Assembly: GCA_963707935.1 (NCBI GenBank)
Contig: CAVPRN010000006.1
Span: 6,906 to 70,905, forward strand
Direction of reading: 5' to 3'
DNA length: 64,000 nt
Origin: an uncultured Acidobacteriota bacterium
Lineage (GTDB): Bacteria; Acidobacteriota; Thermoanaerobaculia; UBA5066; Gp7-AA6
Position 1 is the first letter of the stretch. Each line of letters opens with the position of its first letter. The notes under the pieces are model-generated. The model was not told the DNA's origin. It searched no databases and worked only from the letters and a program-made list of their open reading frames with translations. Made by a program: the position numbers and the translations under genes. This document shows, piece after piece, positions 53,865 to 64,000 of this stretch.

Positions 53865-54032
53865 TCGGAGCGAGGCTCGATGCGTCGCCGCTGTTCGCTT
53901 CCGAACAGGGACCTCCCGGAAGCGGACAAGGGATCTCGCGCGCCGCGGACCGGAACCCGCTCGGTACGCGGGACTTGTCGCGAAGGCGCCGTGGCACGCC
54001 GGTCGCACTCGAGCACCGCTCGGGGGTGACCG

Positions 54033-56435
54033 ATGCGCTCCTTCCTGTCGGACCTGCGGTACGGCCTGCGCGGCCTGACGAGAAACCCCGGATTCGCCGC
54101 CGCGGCGGTCGCGACGCTCGCGCTCGGAATCGGCGCGACGATCGCCGTCTTCGGCGTCGCCGACGCGGCGCTCCTGAAACCGCTCCCCTATCCCGAGCCC
54201 GAGCGCCTCGTGCGCGTCGGCTCGCTCCACCCGGTCAAGAACGCGGAGGGAATCGGCACCTCGTACATGGACTACCGCGACTGGCACGACCGCAGCCGCT
54301 CCTTCGAAGCGCTCGGCGGCATGCTCGAGTCCTCCGCCGTCCTCGGCGGAAGCGAAGGGGCCGACCGCGTCACCGCCGCCTGGATCTCCGCCGACGTGCT
54401 CCCGGCGCTCCGGATCGAGCCGGTGCTCGGCCGCGTCTTCCGCGCCGACGAGGACCGCGAAGGGGGCGGTACGCACGTCGCGATCCTCTCGGACGCGCTC
54501 TGGAAGACCCGCTTCGGCGCCGACCGCTCGATCCTCGGCCGGAAGATCCTCGTGGAGGGAAACCCCTACGAGGTCGTCGGCGTCGTGCCGGAGGACGAGC
54601 TCTTCTTCGACCGGTCGGGCCTTCTCCTCCCCCTCGTCAACCAGGCCTTCCCGGGCCGCTCGGGGCGCCCGATCGATGTCGTCGGGAGACTCGCGCCCGG
54701 CGTCTCGCTCGCGGCGGCGCGCGGCGAGATGGATTCGATCGGCCGCGCCCTCGCGCGCGAATATCCGGAAGAGGAGACCGGCTTCTCGGTCGTCGTCGTG
54801 CCGCTCCACGACGCGCTGCTCGGCGGGCGCCGCCCGGCGCTCCTCGTGCTGTCGGGCGCCGTGGGGCTCCTCCTCCTGATCGCCTGCGCGAACACGGCGA
54901 ACCTCCTCCTGGCGCGCGGGGCCTCGCGGCGCCGCGAGCTCGCCGTGCGGGCGGCGCTCGGGGCGCGGCGCGGACGGCTCGCGGGGCAGCTCCTCGCCGA
55001 AGCCGCGGCTCTGGCCCTCGTCGGCGGCGCCGCCGGGCTCGCCGTCGCATCGGCCCTCCTCTCCGGAATCCGGCGGATGGTCGGCGACGCGCTCCCCCGC
55101 CTCGACGCGGCCGGCTTCGACGGGCGGACGGCGCTCTTCGCCGTCGCGGCGTCGGCGGCGACGGTCCTCCTCTTCGGCGGGATTCCGGCGGCGCTCGCCT
55201 CGGGGCGCGCGATGGCCGCGGGCCTGCGCGGCCCGGGGCGCGGCTCCGGCGCCGAGCGGTCGCGCGCGCTCGACGGCCTCGTCCTCGTCCAGACGGCCCT
55301 CTGCGTCGTGCTGCTCGTCGGGGCGGGCCTCCTCGCCGGAAGCTACTTCCGCCTCTCGCGGACCGACCCGGGCTTCGCCCCGGAGCGCGTGCTCGCGGCG
55401 AACATCTCGCTTCCGCGCGGGGTCTACAATCGCGATCCCGCGCGGCGCACGGCCTTCCTCGAGCGGACCGCCGCGAGGATCGCCGCGCTCCCGGGCGTGC
55501 GCGCGGCCGGCCTGACCGGCTGGCTCCCCTCGAAGAGCTCGATGACGATGTCCTTCACGCCGGAAGGGCACCCCGCGCTCTCGCGCGCCCAGTCCCCGCA
55601 GGGCGAGCTGCGGGAAGTGACGTCCGGCACCTTCTCGGCGCTCGGCATTCCGCTCCTCGCCGGCCGCGGCATCGCCGACGGCGACCGCGCCGACTCGACG
55701 CCCGTCGTCGTCGTCAACCGGAAGCTCGCGGAGAAGATGTGGCCCGGGCAGCCGGCGATCGGGAAGCACCTCACGCTCTTCGTGGACAAGGTCGAGCGCG
55801 AGGTCGTCGGCGTCGTCGGAGACGTCAGGCGGCTCGACCGCCGCGCCGAAGCGCCGGACCAGATGTACGTGCCGCTCCCGCAGGACCCGCTCTTCATCGG
55901 CGTGTGGGCCGTCGCGCGGTCGGCGGGAGAGCCCGAAGCGCTCGCGGCGTCGATCGAGCGGGCCGTCCGGGAGCTCGATCCCGGTGTGGCCGTCTCGCAG
56001 GTCGAGACGATGTCCCGCGTGCTCGCGGGAAGCGTCGCCGAGCCGCGCCTGCGCACGACGCTCGTCGGCTTCTTCGCGGCGGCGGCCCTGGCGCTCGCCT
56101 CGATCGGCCTCTACGGCGTCATCGCGTACACCGTGACGCGCCGCCGCTACGAGATCGGCGTGCGCGTGGCGATGGGCGCGACTCCGCGGGAGATCCGGAG
56201 GCTCTTCCTGCGGGGCGGGATGCGACTGGCCGGCGCGGGCGCCGCCGTCGGGATCGTCGCCGCGCTCGCCTCGACGCGACTGCTCGCCGGCCTCCTCTAC
56301 GGCGTGCGACCGCTCGATCTGCCGACCTTCGCGGCGGCGGTTTCGCTCCTGATTGCCGTCGCGTTCGTCGCGACGGTCCTGCCCGCGCGCCGCGCCGCGG
56401 CGACCGATCCGATCCAGGCGCTCCGGTCGGAATGA
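54033..56435 (+). CDS. ADOP-family duplicated FtsX/MacB-like ABC permease (intact paralogue)
   Basis: Intact 800-aa [43 protein letters not shown]. Two FtsX blocks ([17 protein letters not shown]..., [19 protein letters not shown]). ...[18 protein letters not shown]-stop. Confidence 0.92.
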   Translation: MRSFLSDLRYGLRGLTRNPGFAAAAVATLALGIGATIAVFGVADAALLKPLPYPEPERLVRVGSLHPVKNAEGIGTSYMDYRDWHDRSRSFEALGGMLESSAVLGGSEGADRVTAAWISADVLPALRIEPVLGRVFRADEDREGGGTHVAILSDALWKTRFGADRSILGRKILVEGNPYEVVGVVPEDELFFDRSGLLLPLVNQAFPGRSGRPIDVVGRLAPGVSLAAARGEMDSIGRALAREYPEEETGFSVVVVPLHDALLGGRRPALLVLSGAVGLLLLIACANTANLLLARGASRRRELAVRAALGARRGRLAGQLLAEAAALALVGGAAGLAVASALLSGIRRMVGDALPRLDAAGFDGRTALFAVAASAATVLLFGGIPAALASGRAMAAGLRGPGRGSGAERSRALDGLVLVQTALCVVLLVGAGLLAGSYFRLSRTDPGFAPERVLAANISLPRGVYNRDPARRTAFLERTAARIAALPGVRAAGLTGWLPSKSSMTMSFTPEGHPALSRAQSPQGELREVTSGTFSALGIPLLAGRGIADGDRADSTPVVVVNRKLAEKMWPGQPAIGKHLTLFVDKVEREVVGVVGDVRRLDRRAEAPDQMYVPLPQDPLFIGVWAVARSAGEPEALAASIERAVRELDPGVAVSQVETMSRVLAGSVAEPRLRTTLVGFFAAAALALASIGLYGVIAYTVTRRRYEIGVRVAMGATPREIRRLFLRGGMRLAGAGAAVGIVAALASTRLLAGLLYGVRPLDLPTFAAAVSLLIAVAFVATVLPARRAAATDPIQALRSE

Positions 56436-56657
56436 CTCCGTGCCGCGGTCCCGAGATGGAGGCGCTTCGCCCCGTCCCTCGAGCCGCCGGCGTCGGGGAT
56501 CGGCGCGCCCGCTTGATCCCGGCAGAGGCCGCGTCTAGAGTGTCCGCGTGAGCCCGTCCCGCTTTCCCGCCGGCCGCCGTTGTTGTTGTCGCGAGGACGC
56601 GGGGAAGGAGCGCGCCTAGAAGAGTCTCTTCGACGATCCCGGCAGACGCTTCACGAA

Positions 56658-56691
56658 CCCGCGACGGCACGCCGGAGCGGGTTTTTTCTTT
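56658..56691 (+). terminator. intrinsic terminator about 220 nt downstream of the nearest stop codon
   Basis: CCCGC-GA-CGG [CACG] CCG-GA-GCGGG (56658-56681), followed by TTTTTTCTTT (56682-56691). Confidence 0.6.
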
Positions 56692-56810
56692 CCCGCCGTC
56701 CGGGGCCGCCGCCCGAGAAAAGGAGGCCCGCATGTCTCGATGTCCCCTCTCCCCCGCCCGGCGCGACGAAACCATCCGACTCGAACTGCAAGGCAAGAAA
56801 GGAAGACTCC

Positions 56811-57392
56811 ATGAGCAAGATCCTCGATCAAGTCCTCTCGGCCAACGCCGCCTATGCGCGCGACTTCGGTGACCGCGCGAATCTGCCCCTCCCGCCGGCG
56901 CGCGGCTTCGCCATCCTGACCTGCATGGACGCGCGTCTCGATCCGGCGAAGTACGCGGGCCTCGCCGAGGGGGACGCGCACGTCATTCGAAACGCCGGCG
57001 GCCGGGCGAGCGACGACGCCATCCGGTCTCTCGTGATCTCGCACAAGCTCCTCGGCACGCGCGAGTGGTTCGTCGTCCACCACACCGACTGCGGCATGGA
57101 GACGTTCACGGACGAGGTCATGCGGCGGCTCCTCGCCGCGAGCCTCGAGACGGCCCGGCTCGGCCCCGACGGCTGGCAGGACCCGGGCGGCGGCGGCGGA
57201 TCGGAAGAGGCCGAGTTCGTCGACTGGCTGACGATTCGCGATCGGGAGGCGAGCGTCCTCGAGGACGTGCGGCGGATCCGGAGGCACGCCCTCGTGCCCG
57301 ACGAAATCCCGATCCACGGATTCCTCTACGACGTCTCGACCGGACGCCTGGGAGCCGTGACGGAGGCCCGGCTCCTCGAAAAGGCCTCCTGA
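56811..57392 (+). CDS. beta-class carbonic anhydrase
   Basis: ATG 56811 behind AAAGGAAG, in frame within ORF 56580..57392. Zinc-ligand contexts [11 protein letters not shown] and VVHHTDCGM. Confidence 0.9.
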   Translation: MSKILDQVLSANAAYARDFGDRANLPLPPARGFAILTCMDARLDPAKYAGLAEGDAHVIRNAGGRASDDAIRSLVISHKLLGTREWFVVHHTDCGMETFTDEVMRRLLAASLETARLGPDGWQDPGGGGGSEEAEFVDWLTIRDREASVLEDVRRIRRHALVPDEIPIHGFLYDVSTGRLGAVTEARLLEKAS

Positions 57393-57498
57393 GGAGATTC
57401 GATCCCGCGGACCGGCGGGCGGGCCCGCGCCGCTCGCCGTCCGCGGCCTTCCTCGAAAAGAGCGCGCCGCGGCCGCGCCCGCCTGATAATCCCCCGCC

Positions 57499-58929
57499 AT
57501 GCGGGTCCTCTTTCTCGCGGCCGAGGCAGCGCCCTACGTCAAGGTGGGGGGCCTGGCCGACGTCGCGGGGTCTCTGCCGCAGGCGCTCCGAGACCTCGGG
57601 CACGACGTGCGCGTCGCGATCCCCGGCTACGGCGCGATCGACTGGGAGCGGTGGAAGCCGGAGCCGGTCGCGAGCTTCCCCGTGCCGCATCGCGGCGGCG
57701 CGCAGAAGGCGGACGTCTACCTCGCCGACCGCGACGTGTACTTCGTCACCGGCCCGCCGATCCCGATGCACCGCGGCGTCTACGGCGCCTCGATCGCCGA
57801 GGACGCTCCGAAGTTCCTCTTCTTCTCGCTCGCCGCGCTCTGGAGCTGCGGCACACTCGGCTGGGCGCCCGACGTCGTGCACGCCAACGACTGGCACACG
57901 GCCGCCGCGCTGTACTGGCTGGCCGGCGCCGGCCGGCGCGATCCCTTCTATCAGTCGATCGGCACGCTCCTGACGATCCACAACCTGCCGCACCTCGGTC
58001 AGGGGGCGGGACCCTACCTCGGCGATTACGGCCTGGCAACTTCGCCGGCGATCGAGGCGCTCCCCTCGCACCTGCGCGACTCGCTGCTCGGCATCGGGAT
58101 CGTCTCGGCGGACTACATGAACGCCGTTTCCCCGACCTACGCGCGCGAGATCATGACGGCCGAGAACGGGCACGGCCTCGACGGTGTGCTCCGCGCGCGT
58201 GGCGATCACCTGGCCGGGGTCTTGAACGGCATCGACACCGCCTTCTGGAATCCCGCGACCGACCGGCACATCGCCGAGAGGTACGCGGCCGCGACGCTCG
58301 AGAAGCGCGCCGCCAACAAGTCCGCCCTCCAGCACGACGCCGGCCTCGCCCGCGGGGAGCGCATCCCGCTCGCCGCCGTCGTCTCGCGCCTCGATCCCCA
58401 GAAGGGGCTCGACATCGCCGTCCCGGCGGTCTGGCGCTGGCTCGAGGCCGGCGGGCAGTTCGTGCTGCTCGGCACGGGCGACTCGAAGCTCGAGCAGGAG
58501 TTTGCGCAGATGGAGATCGCGCGGCCGGGGCAGGCGAGCGTGCGGCTCTCCTTCGACGCCCCCTACGCGCACCGCATCTACGCCGGGGCAGACGTCGTCC
58601 TGATCCCTTCGCGTTACGAGCCGTGCGGCCTGACCCAGATGATCGCCATGCGCTACGGCGCGGTGCCCGTCGCGCGGAGGACGGGAGGCCTCGCGGACAC
58701 CGTCACCGACGCCGGAGACCCGGGGGGCACGGGCCTCATGTTCGACGAACTGCGCCCCGCGGCGCTCGCGGACGCGCTCCAGCGCGCGCTCGAGGTGTAC
58801 GCTCAACCGCCCCGGTGGCGGGAGCTCCAGATTCGCGGGATGGAGACCGACTTCTCCTGGTCGCGCTCGGCGCGCTCCTATTCGGAGTTGTACGGCCTCG
58901 CGAAGGCCAACCACCCGGCGCCGGAGTGA
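57499..58929 (+). CDS. glgA: glycogen (starch) synthase
   Basis: Intact 476-aa [33 protein letters not shown]...HANDWHTA...[17 protein letters not shown]. Confidence 0.93.
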   Translation: MRVLFLAAEAAPYVKVGGLADVAGSLPQALRDLGHDVRVAIPGYGAIDWERWKPEPVASFPVPHRGGAQKADVYLADRDVYFVTGPPIPMHRGVYGASIAEDAPKFLFFSLAALWSCGTLGWAPDVVHANDWHTAAALYWLAGAGRRDPFYQSIGTLLTIHNLPHLGQGAGPYLGDYGLATSPAIEALPSHLRDSLLGIGIVSADYMNAVSPTYAREIMTAENGHGLDGVLRARGDHLAGVLNGIDTAFWNPATDRHIAERYAAATLEKRAANKSALQHDAGLARGERIPLAAVVSRLDPQKGLDIAVPAVWRWLEAGGQFVLLGTGDSKLEQEFAQMEIARPGQASVRLSFDAPYAHRIYAGADVVLIPSRYEPCGLTQMIAMRYGAVPVARRTGGLADTVTDAGDPGGTGLMFDELRPAALADALQRALEVYAQPPRWRELQIRGMETDFSWSRSARSYSELYGLAKANHPAPE

Positions 58930-58942
58930 GGAGGCGGGCGGC

Positions 58943-60193
58943 ATGAAGACGCGCGCGGTGATTCTCGCGGGGGGCGAGGGCTCGCGCCTGGGCGTGCTGA
59001 CCGACAAGCGCGCGAAGCCCGCCGTGCCTTTCGCCGGCAAGTACCGGATCATCGACTTCACGCTCTCCAACTGCGCGAACTCCGGGATCGCCGACGTCAT
59101 GATCCTGACGCAGTACCGGCCCCACTCCTTGAACGAGCACATCGGCGCGGGGCGCCCCTGGGACCTCGACCGGAGCCTCTCGGGTGGAGTCCAGATCTAT
59201 GCGCCCTACCGAGACCGGCGCGGCACCGAGTGGTACAAGGGGACGGCCGACGCGCTCTTCCAGAACCTCTCGTTCGTCGAGCGCCACCAGCCGGACCTCG
59301 TTCTCGTCCTGTCCGGCGACCACATCTACAAGATGAACTACGGGGAGTTGATCGATCACCACGTCCGGCACGAGGCGGAGCTGACGATCGCGACGCGCAG
59401 CGTCTCCCGCGAGGACGCGACGCGCATGGGGATCCTCGCGACGAACGCCGATCACCTCGTCACCGACTTCGTCGAGAAGCCGAAAGACCCTCCCGGCACC
59501 CTCGCTTCGATGGGGATCTACGTCTTCACCCGGGACGTGCTCTCGAAAGAGCTCTCGGAAGACGCCAAGAAGCGCGACTCCTCGCACGACTTCGGCAAGG
59601 ACATCATCCCGAGGATGGTCGAGGCCGGCGCGCCGGTCTATGCCTACCCCTTCGAGGGATACTGGGTGGACGTCGGGACGATCGAGTCCTACTGGCAGAC
59701 CCAGATGGAGCTGCTCGACCAGCCGCCGCCGCTCGACTTGAACGACCGCTCTTGGATCATCCATACGCGCTCGGAGGAGAGGCCGCCGGTCATGATTCAG
59801 GAGGGCGCGATCGTCCGCGACAGCCTGATCACCGACGGCTGTGTGGTCCAGGCGGGGGCGCTGGTCGAGAGGAGCGTCCTCTCCCCGGGAGTCACGGTCG
59901 GGGTCAACGCGATCGTGCGCGAATCCGTCGTGCTGACCGACACGTCGATCGGCGCCGGGGCGCGGGTGCAGCGCGCGATCGTGGACAAGTCGGTCTGCAT
60001 CGGCAAGGGCGCGAAAGTCGGCGGGCGCCTGCGCCACGGGGAGGGAAAGCCCGAAGGGCTGGGGCTCACGACCGTCGGGAAGAACGCGCAGATCGCCGAG
60101 AAGACCGAGATCCCGGTCGGGGCGACGATCGAGTCCGACGAGGAGGCGGCCCCCCCCGCCAAGGACCATCGCGTCCCCTCCGGAAGGTCGTAG
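58943..60193 (+). CDS. glgC: glucose-1-phosphate adenylyltransferase
   Basis: Intact 416-aa [48 protein letters not shown]...EKP...MGIYVF. C-terminal left-handed beta-helix repeats. Confidence 0.93.
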   Translation: MKTRAVILAGGEGSRLGVLTDKRAKPAVPFAGKYRIIDFTLSNCANSGIADVMILTQYRPHSLNEHIGAGRPWDLDRSLSGGVQIYAPYRDRRGTEWYKGTADALFQNLSFVERHQPDLVLVLSGDHIYKMNYGELIDHHVRHEAELTIATRSVSREDATRMGILATNADHLVTDFVEKPKDPPGTLASMGIYVFTRDVLSKELSEDAKKRDSSHDFGKDIIPRMVEAGAPVYAYPFEGYWVDVGTIESYWQTQMELLDQPPPLDLNDRSWIIHTRSEERPPVMIQEGAIVRDSLITDGCVVQAGALVERSVLSPGVTVGVNAIVRESVVLTDTSIGAGARVQRAIVDKSVCIGKGAKVGGRLRHGEGKPEGLGLTTVGKNAQIAEKTEIPVGATIESDEEAAPPAKDHRVPSGRS

Positions 60194-60205
60194 AATCCGC
60201 CGGCG

Positions 60206-60583
60206 ATGCGGCTCTCGCGACTCATCCTCGTCCTCCTCGTCATCGCGCTCGCCTGGTGGCTCTGGACCCGGTCCGGAATCTTCTCGCGCGGGCCCGCGGC
60301 GGACGCGCCGGCCGCGCCGGTCGACCGCGCGCGCACGGCGGCGGCCGCTTCGAGCTCGCGCGCGTCGGAGACCGGACAGGCGCAGCGCGAGGCGGACGCG
60401 CCGATCCCGTCCGGATCGGTCTCCGAGAACATGACGCCGGATCAGGTGCGGGCGCTCCTCGGCTCTCCGGACGAGACGTCCACCGAGACGGCCGACGGGG
60501 GCGGCTCCCGCGAGCGCTGGATCTATCGGAGCGTGGGCAAGACGGTCGTCTTCGAAAACGGCGTGGTGACCCGTGTCGAATAG
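60206..60583 (+). CDS. membrane-anchored small protein with BamE/SmpA-like C-terminal segment
   Basis: Intact 125-aa ORF. N-terminal TM LILVLLVIALAWWLW. C-terminal MTPDQVRALLGSPDE...ERWIYRSVGKTVVFENGVV. Overlaps the next gene by 11 nt. Confidence 0.6.
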   Translation: MRLSRLILVLLVIALAWWLWTRSGIFSRGPAADAPAAPVDRARTAAAASSSRASETGQAQREADAPIPSGSVSENMTPDQVRALLGSPDETSTETADGGGSRERWIYRSVGKTVVFENGVVTRVE

Positions 60584-62714
60584 GTCTCTCCGGCCCTCGC
60601 GATTCCCGCGCCTCGGCATCCTCCTCGCGGCTGTGGCCATCGCGGCGGGACCGGCCGCCGGCCCGCCGGAGACGAAGAAGGACGGGACCCGGGAGACCGT
60701 CCAGGGAGTCGAGATCGCCGACCCGTATCGCTGGCTCGAGGACCAGAACTCGCCGGAGACGCGCGCCTGGATCGACGCGGAGAACGCGTACACGAAGAAG
60801 GCCCTCTCCCGGGCTCCCGGCCGCGAGGCCCTCGAGGCGCGGATCGCCGAGCTGCTGAAGGTGGACGTCTTCACGACCCCGTCGGAGAAAGGCGGGCGCT
60901 ACTTCTTCTCGCGCCGCGCCGCGAACCAGGATCTCCCGGTCCTCTACGTGCGGAAGGGATTGCAGGGCTCCGACGAAGTCCTCGTCGATCCCGACACGCT
61001 CTCCGCCGACCACTCGCTCTCGGCGAGCTTCCTCGATGTCTCGGACGACGGGAGCGTCGTCGTCTACGGGGTGCGGCACGGCGGCGAAGACGAGGTGATC
61101 GTGCGCCTCCTCGCGGTGGACGGGCGCAAGGCCCTGCCCGACGAGCTCCCCCACGCGCGCTACTCCGGCGTCGCGCTCACCCCCGACAAGAAGGCGATCT
61201 ACTACTCGAAGCAGACCGCGGAGGGGCCACGCGTCTACCGCCACGACATGGGGACCGATCCCGCCGCCGACACCAAGCTCTTCGGCGACGGCTACGGGCC
61301 GGAGAAGATCATCGGCGCCGGCCTCTCGGGCGACGGCAGGTACCTGACGCTCGTCGTCTCGCACGGGTCGGCGGCGGCGAAGACCGAGGTGTACTTCCAG
61401 GAAATCGCCGCCGGCGGCCCGATCCGACCCGTCGTCAACGACGTCGATGCGCGCTTCTCCCCGAGCGTGGGCGGGGACACGATGTTCCTCCTGACGAACT
61501 GGGAAGCGGGCAACGGGCGCATCCTCGCGGTCGACTTGAAGTCCCCGGCGCGCGAGAACTGGAAAGAGGTGGTCCCGCAGGGAAAGTCGGCGATCCAGGA
61601 CACGGCGCTGGCGGGCGGCCGCCTCTTCGTGCGCTATTCCGAGAACGTCGTGCCGAAGGTCCGGATCTTCGAGCCGAACGGGAAGAGCGCGGGCGAGATC
61701 TCGGATCCCGCGATCGGGACTGTCAGCAACGTCGCGGGGGAGTGGGACAAGAAAGAGGCGTTCTACACCTATCAGTCCTACGTCGCGCCCCCGACGATCT
61801 ACCGCTACGACGTCGCGGCCGCCTCCCGGTCCGTCTTCGCGCGGACGGAGGTCCCGATCGCGAGCGACCGGTACGAGGTCGAGCAGGTGCGCTACCCCTC
61901 GAAGGACGGCACCGAGATCCCGATGTTCCTCGTGCATCGCAAGGGGCTGGCGCGGGACGGCCGGAATCCGGCGCTGCTCACCGGGTATGGCGGTTTCACG
62001 GTCTCCTCGACGCCCGGCTACTCGGCGCTCGCGTCGCTCTTCGTCGAGCTCGGCGGCGTCTACGCCGTCGCGAACCTGCGAGGCGGCGGCGAGTTCGGCG
62101 AGGCGTGGCACAAGGCCGGCATGCTCGACAAGAAGCAGAACGTCTTCGACGACTTCATCGCGGCCGCCGAGTGGCTCGTCGCGCAGAAGTGGACCTCCCG
62201 CGAGAAGCTCGCGATCACCGGCGGGTCGAACGGCGGCCTCCTCGTCGGCGCCGTCTTGACGCAGCGGCCCGAGCTCTTCCGCGCGGTCGTCTGCTCCTAT
62301 CCGCTGCTCGACATGGTGCGCTACCACAAGTTCCTCGTGGCGGGTTACTGGGTGCCGGAGTACGGCTCCTCCGAGAGCGCCGAGCAGTTCAAGTACCTCT
62401 ACGCCTACTCCCCGTACCACCGGGTGAAGGCGGGGACGGCGTATCCAGCGGTCCTCTTCATCACCGGGGACGCCGACACGCGCGTGGCGCCCCTGCATGC
62501 CCGGAAGATGACCGCCCGGATGCAGGCGGACAGCGGCGATCAATCGGAACGGCCGGTCCTCCTCTACTACGACGAGCGGGCCGGCCATTCGCGCGGTCTC
62601 ATCCTGACCCCCGTCTCGAAGCAGATCGAGGACCTCTCGACGCAGATGCTCTTCCTGACCTGGCAGCTCCAGATGTCGCCGGCCGAGGCCAGGCCGGCGA
62701 AGAAGGCGGCCTGA
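60573..62714 (+). CDS. prolyl oligopeptidase (S9A), secreted
   Basis: Intact 713-aa ORF (GTG start). VEIADPYRWLEDQNSPETRAWIDAENAYT. Catalytic Ser in ITGGSNGGLLVGA. ...GDADTRV...RAGHSRG. Confidence 0.93.
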   Translation: MSNRSLRPSRFPRLGILLAAVAIAAGPAAGPPETKKDGTRETVQGVEIADPYRWLEDQNSPETRAWIDAENAYTKKALSRAPGREALEARIAELLKVDVFTTPSEKGGRYFFSRRAANQDLPVLYVRKGLQGSDEVLVDPDTLSADHSLSASFLDVSDDGSVVVYGVRHGGEDEVIVRLLAVDGRKALPDELPHARYSGVALTPDKKAIYYSKQTAEGPRVYRHDMGTDPAADTKLFGDGYGPEKIIGAGLSGDGRYLTLVVSHGSAAAKTEVYFQEIAAGGPIRPVVNDVDARFSPSVGGDTMFLLTNWEAGNGRILAVDLKSPARENWKEVVPQGKSAIQDTALAGGRLFVRYSENVVPKVRIFEPNGKSAGEISDPAIGTVSNVAGEWDKKEAFYTYQSYVAPPTIYRYDVAAASRSVFARTEVPIASDRYEVEQVRYPSKDGTEIPMFLVHRKGLARDGRNPALLTGYGGFTVSSTPGYSALASLFVELGGVYAVANLRGGGEFGEAWHKAGMLDKKQNVFDDFIAAAEWLVAQKWTSREKLAITGGSNGGLLVGAVLTQRPELFRAVVCSYPLLDMVRYHKFLVAGYWVPEYGSSESAEQFKYLYAYSPYHRVKAGTAYPAVLFITGDADTRVAPLHARKMTARMQADSGDQSERPVLLYYDERAGHSRGLILTPVSKQIEDLSTQMLFLTWQLQMSPAEARPAKKAA

Positions 62715-62738
62715 GCGGGGAGCGCCCGGACTCGATCC

Positions 62739-63233
62739 CTAGGGGACGAACTTCTCGTAGAGGGCGGCGCCGGTCGCGGGATCCTGGCCGAAGATCTCGA
62801 TGTACTCGACCTTAGGCTCGATGACCTCTTTGGACTGGACAAACATCCGCTGCAGGACCCCCGGTTTTCCGCCGATCGCGGCGAGCGCCACGGGGCACCC
62901 GTCTCGCACGAGCACGGTGATCTCTTTTCTCTTGTCGGCCTTCAGCGTCATCGTGTATGTGCCGGGTTTCGGTCCCGCCGCGATCTCGAAGCCGTAGGCC
63001 TTGTCACGCTCGATGACGTTCAGGTTCTCGCGCTGCCCCTGCTGCGCCTTCATGATCCAGTACACCGTGACGGGCTCGGCGGCGATGAGCTCGCCCGAGG
63101 CGGACCGGTTGCCGTCGTACACGACGATGTTGGCGTTCTTGTTCCGCGCGATGAAGAAGAGATGCTCAGAGCAAGGAGCGGCCTGGGCGAGGAGCCCGAG
63201 AATCAGTAGCGTCATAGCCGCGGACGATAGCAT
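62739..63233 (-). CDS. secreted DUF4833-like protein
   Basis: Intact 164-aa ORF. Signal peptide then HLFFIARNKNANIVVYD...VYWIM...ERDKAYGF. GC is visibly lower than in the neighbours. Family assignment is from memory. Confidence 0.65.
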   Translation of the reverse strand: MLSSAAMTLLILGLLAQAAPCSEHLFFIARNKNANIVVYDGNRSASGELIAAEPVTVYWIMKAQQGQRENLNVIERDKAYGFEIAAGPKPGTYTMTLKADKRKEITVLVRDGCPVALAAIGGKPGVLQRMFVQSKEVIEPKVEYIEIFGQDPATGAALYEKFVP

Positions 63234-63301
63234 TAGGCCCGGCGCAGGCGGCCCCGTCCATACTGCTGGCCGCCGCCCCGGTCGGCGGCGGCCTCACGAT
63301 C

Positions 63302-64000
63302 TCAAGAAAAGCCCGTTTGCACGCCGGACGCCATCCGGGCCTCGGCCCACGAGAAGGAGCGCCAGGGGACGGGGCCGGCGACGAAGCCGACGTGACCTCC
63401 CCTCTCGGAGACGGTGAAGCGCACGGCCGGAGAGGCCGCGAGACGGGCGCGGTCCACCGCTTCGGCCGGCAGGAACGGGTCGTCGCGCGCGGAGATACAG
63501 AGTGTGGGCGTGTCGATCGACGCGAGGAAGCCGATCGAGCTCGAGCGCGCATAGTAGTCGTCGACGCCGGCGAAACCGTGCAGCGGCGCGGTCGCGGCGT
63601 CGTCGAACTCCCGGAACGTGCGCGCCCGCCGCGTCCGGGCCAGATCGATGCGCGCGGCGGCCTCCGGGAAGCGCCGCGCCGTGTCGAGGGCCTTGGCTCG
63701 CAAGGTCCGGAGGAGCGCTCCGGTGTAGAGCCGGCCGACTCCCCGCTCGAGCTTGCGCGCTCCGGCCGCGAGGTCGTAAGGAGCGGAGATCGCTCCCGCC
63801 CGGCGCACGAGTTTCTGTCCGGGATTCTCGCCGAGCCACTTGAGAAGCACGTTTCCTCCGAGCGACACGCCGACCGCCGCCATCTCGACGCCCGGCTCGC
63901 GCGCCGCAATCGCCCGCACGAGGAAGTCGAAGTCCCCCGTCTCGCCCGAGTGATAGAGGCGCGGCCGCAGATTGGGGAGCGCGCGCGAGGGCCGGAGCGG
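63302..64000 (-). CDS. alpha/beta hydrolase (YheT/ABHD1-3-like); N-terminus outside window
   Basis: ORF 63302..63919 continues open to the window edge (...LYHSGETGDFDFLVRAIAAREPG). Nucleophile elbow AAVGVSLGGNVLLKWLGE. ...SARDDPFLP...ERGGHVGF. Confidence 0.82.
   Translation of the reverse strand, partial: PLRPSRALPNLRPRLYHSGETGDFDFLVRAIAAREPGVEMAAVGVSLGGNVLLKWLGENPGQKLVRRAGAISAPYDLAAGARKLERGVGRLYTGALLRTLRAKALDTARRFPEAAARIDLARTRRARTFREFDDAATAPLHGFAGVDDYYARSSSIGFLASIDTPTLCISARDDPFLPAEAVDRARLAASPAVRFTVSERGGHVGFVAGPVPWRSFSWAEARMASGVQTGFS

Overview
Very GC-rich bacterial chromosomal DNA, roughly 70% or more by eye. Gene content looks like a soil Acidobacteriota-type genome. That inference rests on two 'acidobacterial duplicated orphan permease' (ADOP/FtsX-type) genes and many secreted peptidases and hydrolases. 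I saw no rRNA, tRNA, CRISPR, transposase, integrase or phage genes.

About 55 protein genes can be supported by family motifs:
- a complete Fe-S cluster operon, sufB-sufC-sufD-sufS-sufU-sufT plus an Rrf2 regulator (13.2-19.5 kb)
- a BlaR1/BlaI-type sensor-repressor pair
- a UdgX-like uracil-DNA-binding protein
- a MASE1-PAS hybrid histidine kinase
- a membrane pseudokinase
- glgA-glgC and a beta-carbonic anhydrase
- an ArsR/SRPBCC pair next to an aldo-keto reductase and a pirin
- several peptidases (M13, S9 prolyl oligopeptidase, S15 CocE/NonD, M24B) and two DHA2-type MFS transporters

The most conspicuous property is a mosaic. About 20 of the better-conserved genes can only be read through by changing frame 1 to 6 or more times. 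Neighbouring blocks of up to 10 kb, with ORFs of 603-847 aa, are perfectly intact. I read this as most likely unpolished indel errors in the assembly, not biology, but it needs checking.

Non-coding structure worth attention:
- a 100-bp near-perfect palindrome built from heptamer repeats (8562-8661)
- a second heptamer-array element with telomere-like CCCCTAA/CCCCCAA units (41548-41660); both elements lie between convergent genes
- an AT-rich island with nested palindromes in front of the suf operon
- a long imperfect hairpin at 35798-35885
- an orphan intrinsic terminator with duplicated sequence modules at 56.4-56.7 kb

I did not find a convincing multi-gene novel system such as a defence island. 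The findings below are single-gene or non-coding oddities. Long ORFs antisense to, or out of frame with, the called genes are treated as high-GC artefacts.
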